A DNA stretch of 64,000 bases, taken from Pseudomonadota bacterium (GTDB taxonomy: Bacteria > Myxococcota_A > UBA796 > SXON01). Of the stretch, positions 27,980-37,135 are shown piece by piece; position 1 is the stretch's first letter, and each line of letters begins with the position of its first letter. A model generated the notes under the pieces. The model was not told the origin of the DNA, ran no database searches, and saw only the letters and a program-made list of their open reading frames with translations. The DNA lies in the NCBI GenBank assembly GCA_030685065.1, contig JAUXQH010000133.1:2786-66785 (forward strand), in the 5' to 3' direction. The translations under genes and the position numbers were made by a program.

Positions 27980-28729
27980 GTGTCGCCGCTCCGAGCCGTC
28001 CTCACCGTCGTGTCCGTGTCCTCCCTCGTGGGCGGGCTGGCGTGGCTCGCCCTCGGCAGCGAGGTGATTCGCTTCCGCACGTTGCGGGTCGTGGGAAACG
28101 AGCACGCCTCGCTCGCGCAGCTGCGTCACCTGGCCGACCTCACGCCCGGCGCCCCCTTGCTCACGCTCGACCTCGACGCGGCCATGGCGGGGGTGTCCCG
28201 GCATCCCTGGGTGGCGGACGCCGAGGCGCGACGCGTGTTTCCCGATACCGTCGTGATTCAGGTGCGCGAACGCCAGGTTCGCGCGCTGCTCCTGCTCGAC
28301 GGCCTGTACCTGGTGGACACGGAGGGCACCCCGTTCCGTCGCGCCGATCCGGACCAGCTCGATCATCCCGTCGTGACCGGTCTTCCGTTCGATCTGGCGG
28401 AGTCGAACCCGGCGCTCGCCCGCCGGATCGTGCAGGATGCCCTCGGCATCCTTGACGCCGCCGCCGGTCGCGCGGGTCTGCGTGAAGTCGACATCTCCGA
28501 GGTGCGTTTTGACGCAGAATCGGGATATACGCTCGCGCTCCGGAATGGCGGAGAGGTGCTGCTCGGCTTCCCCAGCTCGAGCGGTTCGGGCCCCGCCGAG
28601 GCGGGTGGTTCGGCGGCCTCGTCCGCCTTCGCGCGCCTCGACGAGCTCGCCTCTCGCGGCGTCGATCTCGCCCATCCGCTCCGGATCGACCTCGGCTCCC
28701 CCACGATGGCCGTCGTCTCCCCGCTCTGA
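27980..28729 (+). CDS. ftsQ: Cell division protein FtsQ
   Basis: TM helix, POTRA (LRVVGN...HPWVADAEARRVFPDTVVIQVRER), YLVDTEG and C-terminal RIDLG. Start uncertain. Confidence 0.88.
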   Translation: MSPLRAVLTVVSVSSLVGGLAWLALGSEVIRFRTLRVVGNEHASLAQLRHLADLTPGAPLLTLDLDAAMAGVSRHPWVADAEARRVFPDTVVIQVRERQVRALLLLDGLYLVDTEGTPFRRADPDQLDHPVVTGLPFDLAESNPALARRIVQDALGILDAAAGRAGLREVDISEVRFDAESGYTLALRNGGEVLLGFPSSSGSGPAEAGGSAASSAFARLDELASRGVDLAHPLRIDLGSPTMAVVSPL

Positions 28730-28813
28730 ATTCCCGATCCGAATTCCCCGCTCTGAATCCCGCCTTCGAATCCCCGCATTGAATCCGCAAGACCGAGTTT
28801 CCCCAGACTCCCC
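28721..28813 (+). repeat. Degenerate 13-14-nt tandem repeats, GAAT(T)CC core
   Basis: GAAT cores at 28728, 28741, 28755, 28768 and 28781; decayed copies at 28795 and 28806. Confidence 0.85.
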
Positions 28814-28861
28814 ACCCTCCTCTTCCTGTCCCGGCAGACAGGAATCCCCCCTGAGGTCGCC

Positions 28862-29983
28862 ATGATCGAGATCGTAGACAACGAGCACAGCGGCGCGCGC
28901 ATCAAGGTCATCGGCGTCGGTGGCGGCGGCGGCAACGCCATCAACAACATGGTCCGGTCCGGCCTCACCGGGGTCGAGTTCATCGCGATCAACACCGACG
29001 GGCAGGACCTGAAGCGGTCCCTCGCCCCGCGCCGCTTCCAGCTGGGCGCCCAGCTCACGAAGGGCCTCGGCGCCGGCGCCGATCCCGAAGTGGGCCGTGA
29101 GGCCGCCCTCGAGGATCGCGATCGGCTCGCCGAGCTCATCGCGGGCGCGGACATGGTCTTCGTCACCGCCGGCATGGGCGGCGGCACCGGCACCGGCGCG
29201 GCCCCCGTGGTCTGCGAGGTCGCCCGCGAGCTCGGCTGCCTCACCGTGGGCGTCGTCACCCGCCCGTTCCCCTTCGAGGGCAAGCGTCGGCGTCGTCAGG
29301 CGGAGGAGGGCATCGAGAACATGATGTCCCACGTCGACACGCTGATCACCATCCCGAACCAGCGCCTCCTGACGATGGCGTCGGAGAAGACGTTGATGGC
29401 CGAGGCCTTCGGCATGGCCGACGACGTGCTGCTCCAGGCCGTCAAGGGCATCGCCGACCTCATCAACTACCAGGGCATCATCAACATCGATTTTGCCGAC
29501 GTGCGCACGATCATGAAGGACAAGGGCCTCGCGCTCATGGGCGTGGGTCTCGGCAGCGGCCAACACCGCACGGTCGACGCCGCGCAGCGCGCGATCTCCT
29601 CGCCGCTCCTCGACGACGTGTCGATCAGCGGCGCCACCAGCGTGCTCCTGAACTTCACCGGTTCGTCCAGCCTCACCCTCTACGAGGTGAACGAGGCCGC
29701 GCACATGGTGGGCGAGGAGACCGCGGAGGACGTGAACGTGATCTTCGGTCTCGTCGTCGACGAGTCGATGGGGGACACCGTCCGCGTGACCGTGGTGGCG
29801 ACCGGCTTCCAGGAAGCCATCCGTCAGAACGTCCGCACCCCGCCCGCCGAGGTCCGCCTCCAGAAGGCGGTCAACGCCGGCATGACCCCCCGCGGCCCGT
29901 CGCGCGGCGGCGTCGTGAGCGGGTTCGACACGCTCCGCGGTGATGACTACGACATCCCCACGTTCTACCGCGGGAAGGATTAG
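28862..29983 (+). CDS. ftsZ: Cell division protein FtsZ
   Basis: [34 protein letters not shown] and C-terminal peptide DIPTF. Confidence 0.99.
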   Translation: MIEIVDNEHSGARIKVIGVGGGGGNAINNMVRSGLTGVEFIAINTDGQDLKRSLAPRRFQLGAQLTKGLGAGADPEVGREAALEDRDRLAELIAGADMVFVTAGMGGGTGTGAAPVVCEVARELGCLTVGVVTRPFPFEGKRRRRQAEEGIENMMSHVDTLITIPNQRLLTMASEKTLMAEAFGMADDVLLQAVKGIADLINYQGIINIDFADVRTIMKDKGLALMGVGLGSGQHRTVDAAQRAISSPLLDDVSISGATSVLLNFTGSSSLTLYEVNEAAHMVGEETAEDVNVIFGLVVDESMGDTVRVTVVATGFQEAIRQNVRTPPAEVRLQKAVNAGMTPRGPSRGGVVSGFDTLRGDDYDIPTFYRGKD

Positions 29984-30028
29984 TCTGTCGGGCCCCTGAA
30001 CCGCAACGGGGTTCGGGTGGCCTGCGGC

Positions 30029-30062
30029 GAGCCCCTGCTTCGGCGGGGGCTTCCTCGTTTTT
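30029..30062 (+). terminator. Intrinsic terminator after ftsZ
   Basis: GAGCCCCTGC-TTCG-GCGGGGGCTT stem with a UUCG loop, then CCTCGTTTTT. Confidence 0.7.
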
Positions 30063-30205
30063 GGGCCAGGGGGCGGGGCGCGCCCCCGCCCCGAGCGGCG
30101 GGGTCGGGCCGCAGGGCGTCCCTCGCGCGGGGAGATCCTCGGTGGTGGCGCGCCCGGTGACCCGCCCGTGTCGCTCACCCTCCGTGCTACCTTCGACGCC
30201 TGCGC

Positions 30206-31264
30206 ATGCCGACCGCCTCCCGCCAGCGCCGCCGCTTCGAGCGTCGCCTCCGCGCGGTGTGGGCCGAGCTCTCGTTCTTCGCGCGGGCGCTGCGCGTGCT
30301 CGTGCGGCCGATGGCCGCGCTCGCGGTGGCGTTTGCCATCGGGACGATCATCGAGCGCACCTGGGGTGCGCCCCCGGGCGGTGCGCAGCCGCGGTGGGAC
30401 GAGGCGATGTTCACCGCCTACACGCTCCTGCTCGGCGAGATGGCGGCGCCGCTCCCGGCCGATCCCTGGGCACAGGCCGTGCTCTACCTGATGCCCCTCG
30501 TCGGCATCGTGTTCGTGGCCGAAGGCATCATCAAGCTCGGGTTCACGGTCTTCGACAAGCGGGCGAACGCCGAGGAGTGGATACGCATCATGGCGCAGAA
30601 CAGTCGCGGGCACGTGGTGGTGTGCGGGCTCGGCACGGTGGGGTTCCGCGTGGTGGAGGAGCTCCTCGCCCTCGACGAGCAGGTGTTCGTCATCGAGCGC
30701 AACGCCGACGGGGAGTTCATCCCGCGCGCGCGCGCGATGGGTGTCGAGGTCCTGATCGGCGATGCCCGCACCGAGAACCTGCTCCGCACGCTCAACATCA
30801 CGCACGCCCGCTCGGTGATCATCGTCACCGACGATGACCTCGCCAACCTCGAGATCGCCATGGACGTCCGCGAGCTCCGCGCGGACGTGCCCATCATCCT
30901 GCGCCTCTTCGATCAGCGGCTCGCGCAGAAGGTGCGCCAGACCATGGGAATCCAGGTGAGCCTGTCGACCTCGATGGTGGCCGCGCCGCTCTTCGCCTCC
31001 GCGGCGCTCGATGCGCACGTCGTCGGTACGCACAGGGTCGGCGGACAGCTGCTGCTCGTCGTCGAGCTGGACGTCGGTATCCGCCTCTCGGGGCGCACCC
31101 CGAGCGCGCTGCTCCGCGAGCACGGGCTCACCCTCGTCGCGGTGTCGCGCGGGGGTGTCTGGCGCACGGACCTCGCGGCCGAGGAGGCCATCGAGCGGGG
31201 AGACCGCGTGCACGTCATGGTGCCGAGCCACCGCGTGGCGGAGGCGCGGGCGCTCGAAGGGTAG
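30206..31264 (+). CDS. Two-TM channel-like protein with RCK (TrkA-N/C) domains
   Basis: Two TM helices with a pore-like segment, then HVVVCGLGTVG, IGDAR and DDLANLEIA. Confidence 0.85.
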   Translation: MPTASRQRRRFERRLRAVWAELSFFARALRVLVRPMAALAVAFAIGTIIERTWGAPPGGAQPRWDEAMFTAYTLLLGEMAAPLPADPWAQAVLYLMPLVGIVFVAEGIIKLGFTVFDKRANAEEWIRIMAQNSRGHVVVCGLGTVGFRVVEELLALDEQVFVIERNADGEFIPRARAMGVEVLIGDARTENLLRTLNITHARSVIIVTDDDLANLEIAMDVRELRADVPIILRLFDQRLAQKVRQTMGIQVSLSTSMVAAPLFASAALDAHVVGTHRVGGQLLLVVELDVGIRLSGRTPSALLREHGLTLVAVSRGGVWRTDLAAEEAIERGDRVHVMVPSHRVAEARALEG

Positions 31265-31277
31265 GCCCCTTCGCTGG

Positions 31278-32279
31278 TCACCGCTGGCCGTCGAACGCGG
31301 CGCGGCGCTCCTTCAGCGTCGCGACGCGGCCGCTCTCCCACGCGAGGCGCGTCGCGAGCGCCACGCCCTGATCGTAGGCATGGAAGGACTTCGTCCGTAC
31401 GTTCTCCACCTTTTTCGCGACCTCGCTCCGGTAGATCGACGCCTGAGCCTCATCGAGGCGCTTCGGCGGCGGGCTCGCGCCGAGATCCGTCGCGAGGCGT
31501 CCGTAGCTGTCGCCCAGGGAGATCAGGCTCGCCAACACCCACTCGGGCTCCTGGAGGGCCGCGAGCGCGATGATCTGCTGCTCCGCGGCCTTGATCCGGA
31601 GGGCCCGCCCCGCGAGGCGCTTGACCACGCGGCGCTCGGGCCCGACCAGGGAGAGCGCGTCGGCCTCCTCGAGCAGGGCGCGGGCGAGGTGGTAGCGCGC
31701 CTTGGCGCGGAGGTACTCGTGGGTGGCCGCGCCTTCGGTGGCGGCGAGGGCCTGCTGGATCCGTCGGATGCCGCGGGCTCGCTTGCCCGTGAGCAGCTCC
31801 GAGATGCCGCGTTGGAGCGCGACGGTGATCTCGTCCTCGGCCGAGAGTCCCCGCACGCGGTCGAGCGCCAGCACTTCTTCGAGCGCGGCCTCGTGCTGCC
31901 CGAGGTCCTCCAGGACGAGGGCGCGGCGGAAGTGGGCGTCGAGGCCGACCCCCGCGCCGGCCTGCTCGGCCGTCAGCGCGATCACCTGCTCGTAGAAGGC
32001 GAGCGCCGCGGTGGGCGCCTGGTCGATCTCCTCGCAGATCCCTCGCTGGTAGAGGTAGTTCGCGAGGGCCTCGGCGGGCACCTGGGACTCGAAGGCGACC
32101 AGCAGCGCGCGTGCGCCGTCGACATCCCCGCGCTGGCGGAGGGTGATCGCGTCGGTGAGGGTCTGGTCGACCGTGCGGCCGAAGGCGGGTGGCTCGGTGG
32201 GCGCGTCGAGCGGGGCGGGGAGGGGATCGGCGGGGAGGGGATCGGCGGCGAGGGCCAGACCCAGGAGGAGCATCAGCAT
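31278..32279 (-). CDS. Exported helical TPR-like protein
   Basis: Signal-like MLMLLLGLALAA, Pro-rich linker and TPR-like helices (YLYQRGICEE, AHFRRALVLEDLG). Confidence 0.7.
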   Translation of the reverse strand: MLMLLLGLALAADPLPADPLPAPLDAPTEPPAFGRTVDQTLTDAITLRQRGDVDGARALLVAFESQVPAEALANYLYQRGICEEIDQAPTAALAFYEQVIALTAEQAGAGVGLDAHFRRALVLEDLGQHEAALEEVLALDRVRGLSAEDEITVALQRGISELLTGKRARGIRRIQQALAATEGAATHEYLRAKARYHLARALLEEADALSLVGPERRVVKRLAGRALRIKAAEQQIIALAALQEPEWVLASLISLGDSYGRLATDLGASPPPKRLDEAQASIYRSEVAKKVENVRTKSFHAYDQGVALATRLAWESGRVATLKERRAAFDGQR

Positions 32280-33316
32280 CCGTCCTCAGTATCCGTCGAG
32301 CCGCTCGGGTTCCCACTTCTCGGGATCCGGGTGGCGTGCGCGCCACCGTAGAGCGCCAGCCAGGCCCAGGCTGCGCGCGCAACCTCGAGATCGCCGAGCA
32401 CGTCCTGGGTGAGGGCTCCGACGAGCACCCCGGCGAGCCCGGCCGCCGGGCCGAGCGCGCCGTGGCGGAGCCCGAGGAGCGCGAGCCCGAGCGTCGCCAC
32501 GAGCCCGACGGGACCGAGCACGGCGAGCAGCTGGACGGCGCTGTCGTGGGCGTGATTGGGGAACCAGAACCCCGGCGCGAGCAGGTCGTAGGCGGGCGCG
32601 GAGGCCACCGCGTAGCCCCCCGGCCCGGCCGCGCCCGCCGAGGCGACCGTGAGGCCGCCGGTCCAGAGGATGGCGCGCTGACGGAGCTCCTCCGCGTCCG
32701 CCACGGCGAGCAGGGCGACGAGCGCCAGCGCCCCCACGAACAAGGACGTCGCGGGCCGCCGTGTCTGCGTCGCGACGATGGTGACCGCCAGGGCCAGCCA
32801 TGCGCCTTCGCTCCCCGTCGCCAGGATGCCGGCCGAGAGGAGCGCGGCGTGCGCCCAGCGCCTCGTCACCAGGGCCACGCCGAGCGCCGGGAGGAGCGCG
32901 TAGGCGAGGCTCAGATGATGGGAAAATCCGGCTACGCCGACCGCACCGGTCGCGCGTTGGCCGATTGCCCACACCGCCGCGCCGACCGCCGCGAGGAGCC
33001 CAAACCGCTCGACGGTGGCGCGGTCCTCCGCCCGCGTGAGCGCCGGAACGACCGCCAGCGGCGCGAGGAGCCAGGCGTGGCCGAGCCCCTCGCGGAGATC
33101 GCCGCTGGCACCCACGAGCAGGACCCACACCACCGCCGCCGCCAGCGCCGCGCGCCCCCAGGGCTCTTGCCAGAGGCGGGCGCGGGTCGGGCGGGCCGCC
33201 GCGTACAGGAGGGCGCCGCCGAGCACGATCTCCTGCGCCGCGGTCGAAAGCGGGAGCGCGACGAAAAAGAGGACGAGCAGGATCATCCCGAGGCGGGCGC
33301 GCACGGGCTCGCTCAC
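32273..33316 (-). CDS. O-antigen ligase / Wzy_C-like membrane protein
   Basis: Multi-TM; ATGSEGAWLA, QRAILW, GAAGPGGY and NHAHDSAVQLLAVLGPVGL motifs. Confidence 0.75.
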   Translation of the reverse strand: MSEPVRARLGMILLVLFFVALPLSTAAQEIVLGGALLYAAARPTRARLWQEPWGRAALAAAVVWVLLVGASGDLREGLGHAWLLAPLAVVPALTRAEDRATVERFGLLAAVGAAVWAIGQRATGAVGVAGFSHHLSLAYALLPALGVALVTRRWAHAALLSAGILATGSEGAWLALAVTIVATQTRRPATSLFVGALALVALLAVADAEELRQRAILWTGGLTVASAGAAGPGGYAVASAPAYDLLAPGFWFPNHAHDSAVQLLAVLGPVGLVATLGLALLGLRHGALGPAAGLAGVLVGALTQDVLGDLEVARAAWAWLALYGGAHATRIPRSGNPSGSTDTEDGC

Positions 33317-33358
33317 CACGGCTCGCTCACGACGGCTCGCTCACGACCGCTCGCTCAC
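33307..33358 (-). repeat. 14-bp tandem repeat, about 3.7 copies, at a gene junction
   Basis: GCTCGCTCAC begins at 33307, 33321, 33335 and 33349 on the plus strand. Confidence 0.92.
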
Positions 33359-34485
33359 TGCGCGCGGGGCGGGGCGGGGCGCGACAGCACGCGCTCGTAG
33401 ACCCCGCGCGTCGCCGTGACCACCGTGTCCCAGCCGAAGTTCGTCTCCACCCGCGCACGGCCCTCCGCGCCGATCGCGGCGAGGAGCTCCGGCGTGCTGG
33501 CCTCGACCGCGTGGAGCGCGGCGCCCCAGGCATGGGCATCCCCGACGGGCAGGCGCCAGCCCCCGACCGAGCCGAGCACCTCGAGGTTGGGCGGAATGTC
33601 GCTCGTCAACGTCGGAAGGCCCGCGGCCATGGCCTCGAGGAGCGCGATGGGGAGGCCTTCGACCCGGCTGGGGAAGAGGAACGAGCGGGCGTGCGTGAGC
33701 AGCATCGCCTTGTCGTGGCCGAAGCGGGTCCCGGTGAAGATCACGCCCGCCGGCGCGTCGCGATGGAGCCGCTCGACGTAGTCGTCCGTGTAGCTGCCTC
33801 CGCCCGTGATCACGACCGGGAGCGACGGCGTCGCCCGCGCGACGGCGCGCAGCAGGGTGCCGATCTCCTTCTCGGGCACCAGCCGCCCGAGGAAGAGGTG
33901 GTAGCCGCCCGGCGTGAGCGAGGGGAACACGGAGGGCTCCCACGGGACCGCCACGTGCGGGGCGACGCCGTTCGGGATGTGCGTGACGGGGGCGGGGTAG
34001 TTCTCCTCGCACCAGAGCTTCAGCCCGCGCGACACCGTGATGATCTCGGTTGACGCATGGCCCGCCATCCAGGCGCCCGACCTCAGAAAGAGCCGGGCGG
34101 CGGGCCCCCACTTGTCCCGCTCCCAGTCCTTTCCGTGCAGGGTCACGACCACCGGCCGGCGCAGGAGGGCGGGCAGCCCGGAGAACAAGGCGGGGCCGCA
34201 GGCGTGGAGGTGGACCACGTCGGCGGTCACGGCGGCGCGCGGGGCCGCGAGGGCCGTGTGTACGAGCGCCTCGAGGCTCCGCCGATACACGGTGGGGGTG
34301 TCGATCAGGCGCACGCCCGAGCGGGTGCCGCTCCCGTACGGGTTGTACCGGCCGCGACAGTACACCGTCACGTCCACGCCGCTGGCGGCGAGGCGCGGGG
34401 CGAGCTCGCCGACCGCCAGCTCGACGCCGCCCTCCGCGCCCCAGGGTGCGCGCAGGCCGAGCATCGCCACGCGCAGGCGGCTCAA
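33355..34485 (-). CDS. GT4 family glycosyltransferase
   Basis: GGVE, VVHLHA, IPNGV, FLGRLVPEK and PSRVEGLPIALLEAMAAG motifs. Start at TTG 34485 (TTGA overlap) or ATG 34509. Confidence 0.92.
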   Translation of the reverse strand: MSRLRVAMLGLRAPWGAEGGVELAVGELAPRLAASGVDVTVYCRGRYNPYGSGTRSGVRLIDTPTVYRRSLEALVHTALAAPRAAVTADVVHLHACGPALFSGLPALLRRPVVVTLHGKDWERDKWGPAARLFLRSGAWMAGHASTEIITVSRGLKLWCEENYPAPVTHIPNGVAPHVAVPWEPSVFPSLTPGGYHLFLGRLVPEKEIGTLLRAVARATPSLPVVITGGGSYTDDYVERLHRDAPAGVIFTGTRFGHDKAMLLTHARSFLFPSRVEGLPIALLEAMAAGLPTLTSDIPPNLEVLGSVGGWRLPVGDAHAWGAALHAVEASTPELLAAIGAEGRARVETNFGWDTVVTATRGVYERVLSRPAPPRAQ

Positions 34486-35366
34486 GGAGGGACGCCGGAC
34501 GCGACGCATCGCCGAGCATACTCGGCGAGCACGTAGCCCTGGAAGTCATGGAGGTGGTTCGTCGCGATCTCGGGGCGGCGCTTGAACCGCTGGCTCCGCG
34601 TGCGCTCGGGGAGCCACGCGTACTTGCGGTTCCAGTAGCCGTTCCAGACCGAGAAGGACGCGCGGTCGAGCGTCTGCGCGACCGGACGTGTCATCCCCTC
34701 GACGAGGCGGGCCAGCGCCATCGGCGCGTGCGTCGGCGCGTGGCTCGCCCGCTCGCGGCTCCACCCGAAGCCGGGAACGTGCTCGGCGGCCCACGCCCGG
34801 TTCGCGTCGAGGAGCGCCACGCACCAGGCGGCGCCATGAACCGGCACCGCGGTCGCGAGCTCCATCGCCGTGAACATGTTGCGCTCGTCGAGCGCGAGCC
34901 GGTCGGTGGCGAGCAGGTAGTTGGTGCAGAAGTTCTCGCGGATCCCCTCCGGGAGCGAGCGCCGGAAGACCTGGAGCGCCGACTTCGCCGTCCACACGCT
35001 CCCGGGCTCGACCAGCAGCAGGAAGTCGACGTCACCATCGGCATCGGCGCTCTGCTTGGAGAGGCCGCCGGTGATGAGCACCGCGCGCACCCACGGGAAC
35101 GTCGCGAGGAGCCTCCCCGCGCGCCGCGCCGCGGGCCAGCGTCGCTCCGCCGCCGCGGTGCGCGCCACCCGCCGCTCGACCTGGTTGGCGCTTCCCACCG
35201 CGCACACGTGGCCCCACGCCCGCTCCAGCCGTCCGTCCGCGACGAGCCGATCCACGACAGGGCCCGGGTCGAATCCCACGAGGCGTCCGAGCTCCGCTTC
35301 GGTGAGAGGATGCCGGAACACGTCGTAATAGCAGACCATTCGCATCACGTCCGTCGTCGGATCCAC
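34482..35366 (-). CDS. Protein with N-terminal wHTH-like segment and Pol-beta-type nucleotidyltransferase-like motif
   Basis: YYDVFRHPLTEAEL; FPWVRAVLITGGLSK...DGDVDFLLL; FCTNYLL. Confidence 0.65.
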   Translation of the reverse strand: MDPTTDVMRMVCYYDVFRHPLTEAELGRLVGFDPGPVVDRLVADGRLERAWGHVCAVGSANQVERRVARTAAAERRWPAARRAGRLLATFPWVRAVLITGGLSKQSADADGDVDFLLLVEPGSVWTAKSALQVFRRSLPEGIRENFCTNYLLATDRLALDERNMFTAMELATAVPVHGAAWCVALLDANRAWAAEHVPGFGWSRERASHAPTHAPMALARLVEGMTRPVAQTLDRASFSVWNGYWNRKYAWLPERTRSQRFKRRPEIATNHLHDFQGYVLAEYARRCVASGVPP

Positions 35367-35641
35367 GCCGCGATCGCTGCTCTGGGCGTCACGCCGGATC
35401 GGGCGAAGCTCCGCGGCGGAGGATGGCGTGTCGCGGCGCAGAGCACAACTCCTGGTCCACTTCGAGCGGGCTGGTCCGAGGGGGCACTGTGCAGGGCACG
35501 CCGGACGAGGAGGACTACTATCGCTGGGTTTCACCGAGTGGGAAGGCGTTGTGGTCCGCAGCCTCCGCGCGCTGTCCTCCGAGGCGCCCCGAGGCGCCAG
35601 GATCGCCGTCGCATCATTGCGCTCTCGGTCACGCCGCGTAA

Positions 35642-37135
35642 ATGGCGGTCGGCATGCCGTCGGCCCTCCTCGCGCTTTACCTGACGCTGATGGGGCTGTG
35701 TGCCGTTCACGGGGTCCACCGCCTCGTGCTGCTCGGCACCTATCTCGCCCGCCGTGAACGTCGGAAGCCGGCCGCCCCGGTTCCAGTCGGGCTCCCGGCT
35801 CTGCTCCCGATGGTCACCGTCCAGCTCCCGGTCTACAACGAGCGGGATGTCGTCGCGCGGCTGGTAGCCGCCGTGGCCGCGCTGGACTGGCCGGCGGATC
35901 GGCTCCAGGTGCAGCTCCTCGACGACTCGACCGACGACACCGCGGCCCGCGCGGTGGACGCCCTGGCGCGGGCGCGCGCCCGGGGGATCGACGCGGTGTG
36001 CATTCATCGGGACGCCCGCGTCGGATGGAAGGCGGGGGCGCTCGCCGCGGGCCTCGCAAGCGCGCGCGGCGAGCTCATCGCCATCTTCGACGCCGACTTC
36101 GTCCCGGCTCCCGATTTTCTCCGACGCATGGTCCCGCCCTTTTCCGACCCCGGCGTGGGGATGGTCCAGGCGCGGTGGGGCCACCTCAACGCGAACGTGT
36201 CGGCGCTCACGTCGGCACAGGCCACGTTGCTCGACGGCCACTTCGTCATCGAGCACACTGCGCGAAACCGCTCGGGGCGCTGGTTCAACTTCAACGGCAC
36301 CGCCGGCGTGTGGCGGCGCACGTGCATCGAGGCCGCGGGCGGCTGGGCGCACGACACCCTCACCGAGGATCTCGACCTCTCCTACCGCGCGCAGCTCGCC
36401 GGGTGGCGCTTCGTCTACCTGCTCGAGCACGTGGTCCCGGCCGAGCTCCCCGAGTCCCTCGCCGCCTTCCGGACCCAGCAGCGTCGCTGGGCAAAGGGCT
36501 CGGTCGAGGTCGCCCGCAAGCTGACCGGGCGCATCGTCCGCGCCCGCGGCGTGCCGATCGCCACGCGGATCGCGGCGCTCCTGCACCTCTGGGCGAACCT
36601 CGCCTGGCCGGTGGCGCTCGCCTTGGCCCTGGTGTTTCCGCCCCTCGTGGTGCTCCGGGGCGGGGCCCCGGGAAACGCGCTGGTGTACCTGCCCTTGTTC
36701 CTCCTGTCCACGGGCGGCAACCTGCTGTTCTACGCCGCCGCCTCCCCCCGGCGGCTCACCTCGCTCCACGAAGCGACGTTCCTCGCGATCGGGATGACGG
36801 TGAACCAGTCGTTCGCCGTGTTCGAGGCCCTTGCGGGGCGCCGCACGGGGTTCGTCCGGACGCCGAAGAGCGGCGGCGGGCGGGGCAGCTACGCCATCTC
36901 GGCGACCGCCCCGATCCCCTTCGAGCTGCTCCTCGCGGCGGTCCACCTCGTTACGGCCGCCTGGGCCGCCCAGAACAGCGACTGGGGCAGCCTGCCCTTT
37001 CTCCTCCTCTTCGGCGGCGGCTTCGCCTGGACCGGCCTCGCCGGCTTGCGTGAAGCGCTGGTGCCCGCCCGCTCCCTCCCGGGAGCCGCCCCCCTCGCGC
37101 AACCGGCCGTCGACTTGCCGGTCACCGGAAAATAG
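35642..37135 (+). CDS. GT2 family (CESA-like) membrane glycosyltransferase
   Basis: VTVQLPVYNE, LDDSTD, KAGAL, FDADF, LTEDLD and QQRRWAKG motifs; C-terminal TM helices. Confidence 0.92.
   Translation: MAVGMPSALLALYLTLMGLCAVHGVHRLVLLGTYLARRERRKPAAPVPVGLPALLPMVTVQLPVYNERDVVARLVAAVAALDWPADRLQVQLLDDSTDDTAARAVDALARARARGIDAVCIHRDARVGWKAGALAAGLASARGELIAIFDADFVPAPDFLRRMVPPFSDPGVGMVQARWGHLNANVSALTSAQATLLDGHFVIEHTARNRSGRWFNFNGTAGVWRRTCIEAAGGWAHDTLTEDLDLSYRAQLAGWRFVYLLEHVVPAELPESLAAFRTQQRRWAKGSVEVARKLTGRIVRARGVPIATRIAALLHLWANLAWPVALALALVFPPLVVLRGGAPGNALVYLPLFLLSTGGNLLFYAAASPRRLTSLHEATFLAIGMTVNQSFAVFEALAGRRTGFVRTPKSGGGRGSYAISATAPIPFELLLAAVHLVTAAWAAQNSDWGSLPFLLLFGGGFAWTGLAGLREALVPARSLPGAAPLAQPAVDLPVTGK

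Noticed and set aside
28721-28813. Possible CRISPR array (also 33307 and 57179)
   Set aside because: Units of 13-15 nt with no unique spacers and no cas genes.
27284-31231. 1315-aa minus-strand ORF
   Set aside because: Antisense shadow of ftsQ, ftsZ and the channel gene; Arg/Gly/His-rich with no motifs, as expected from high-GC codon bias.
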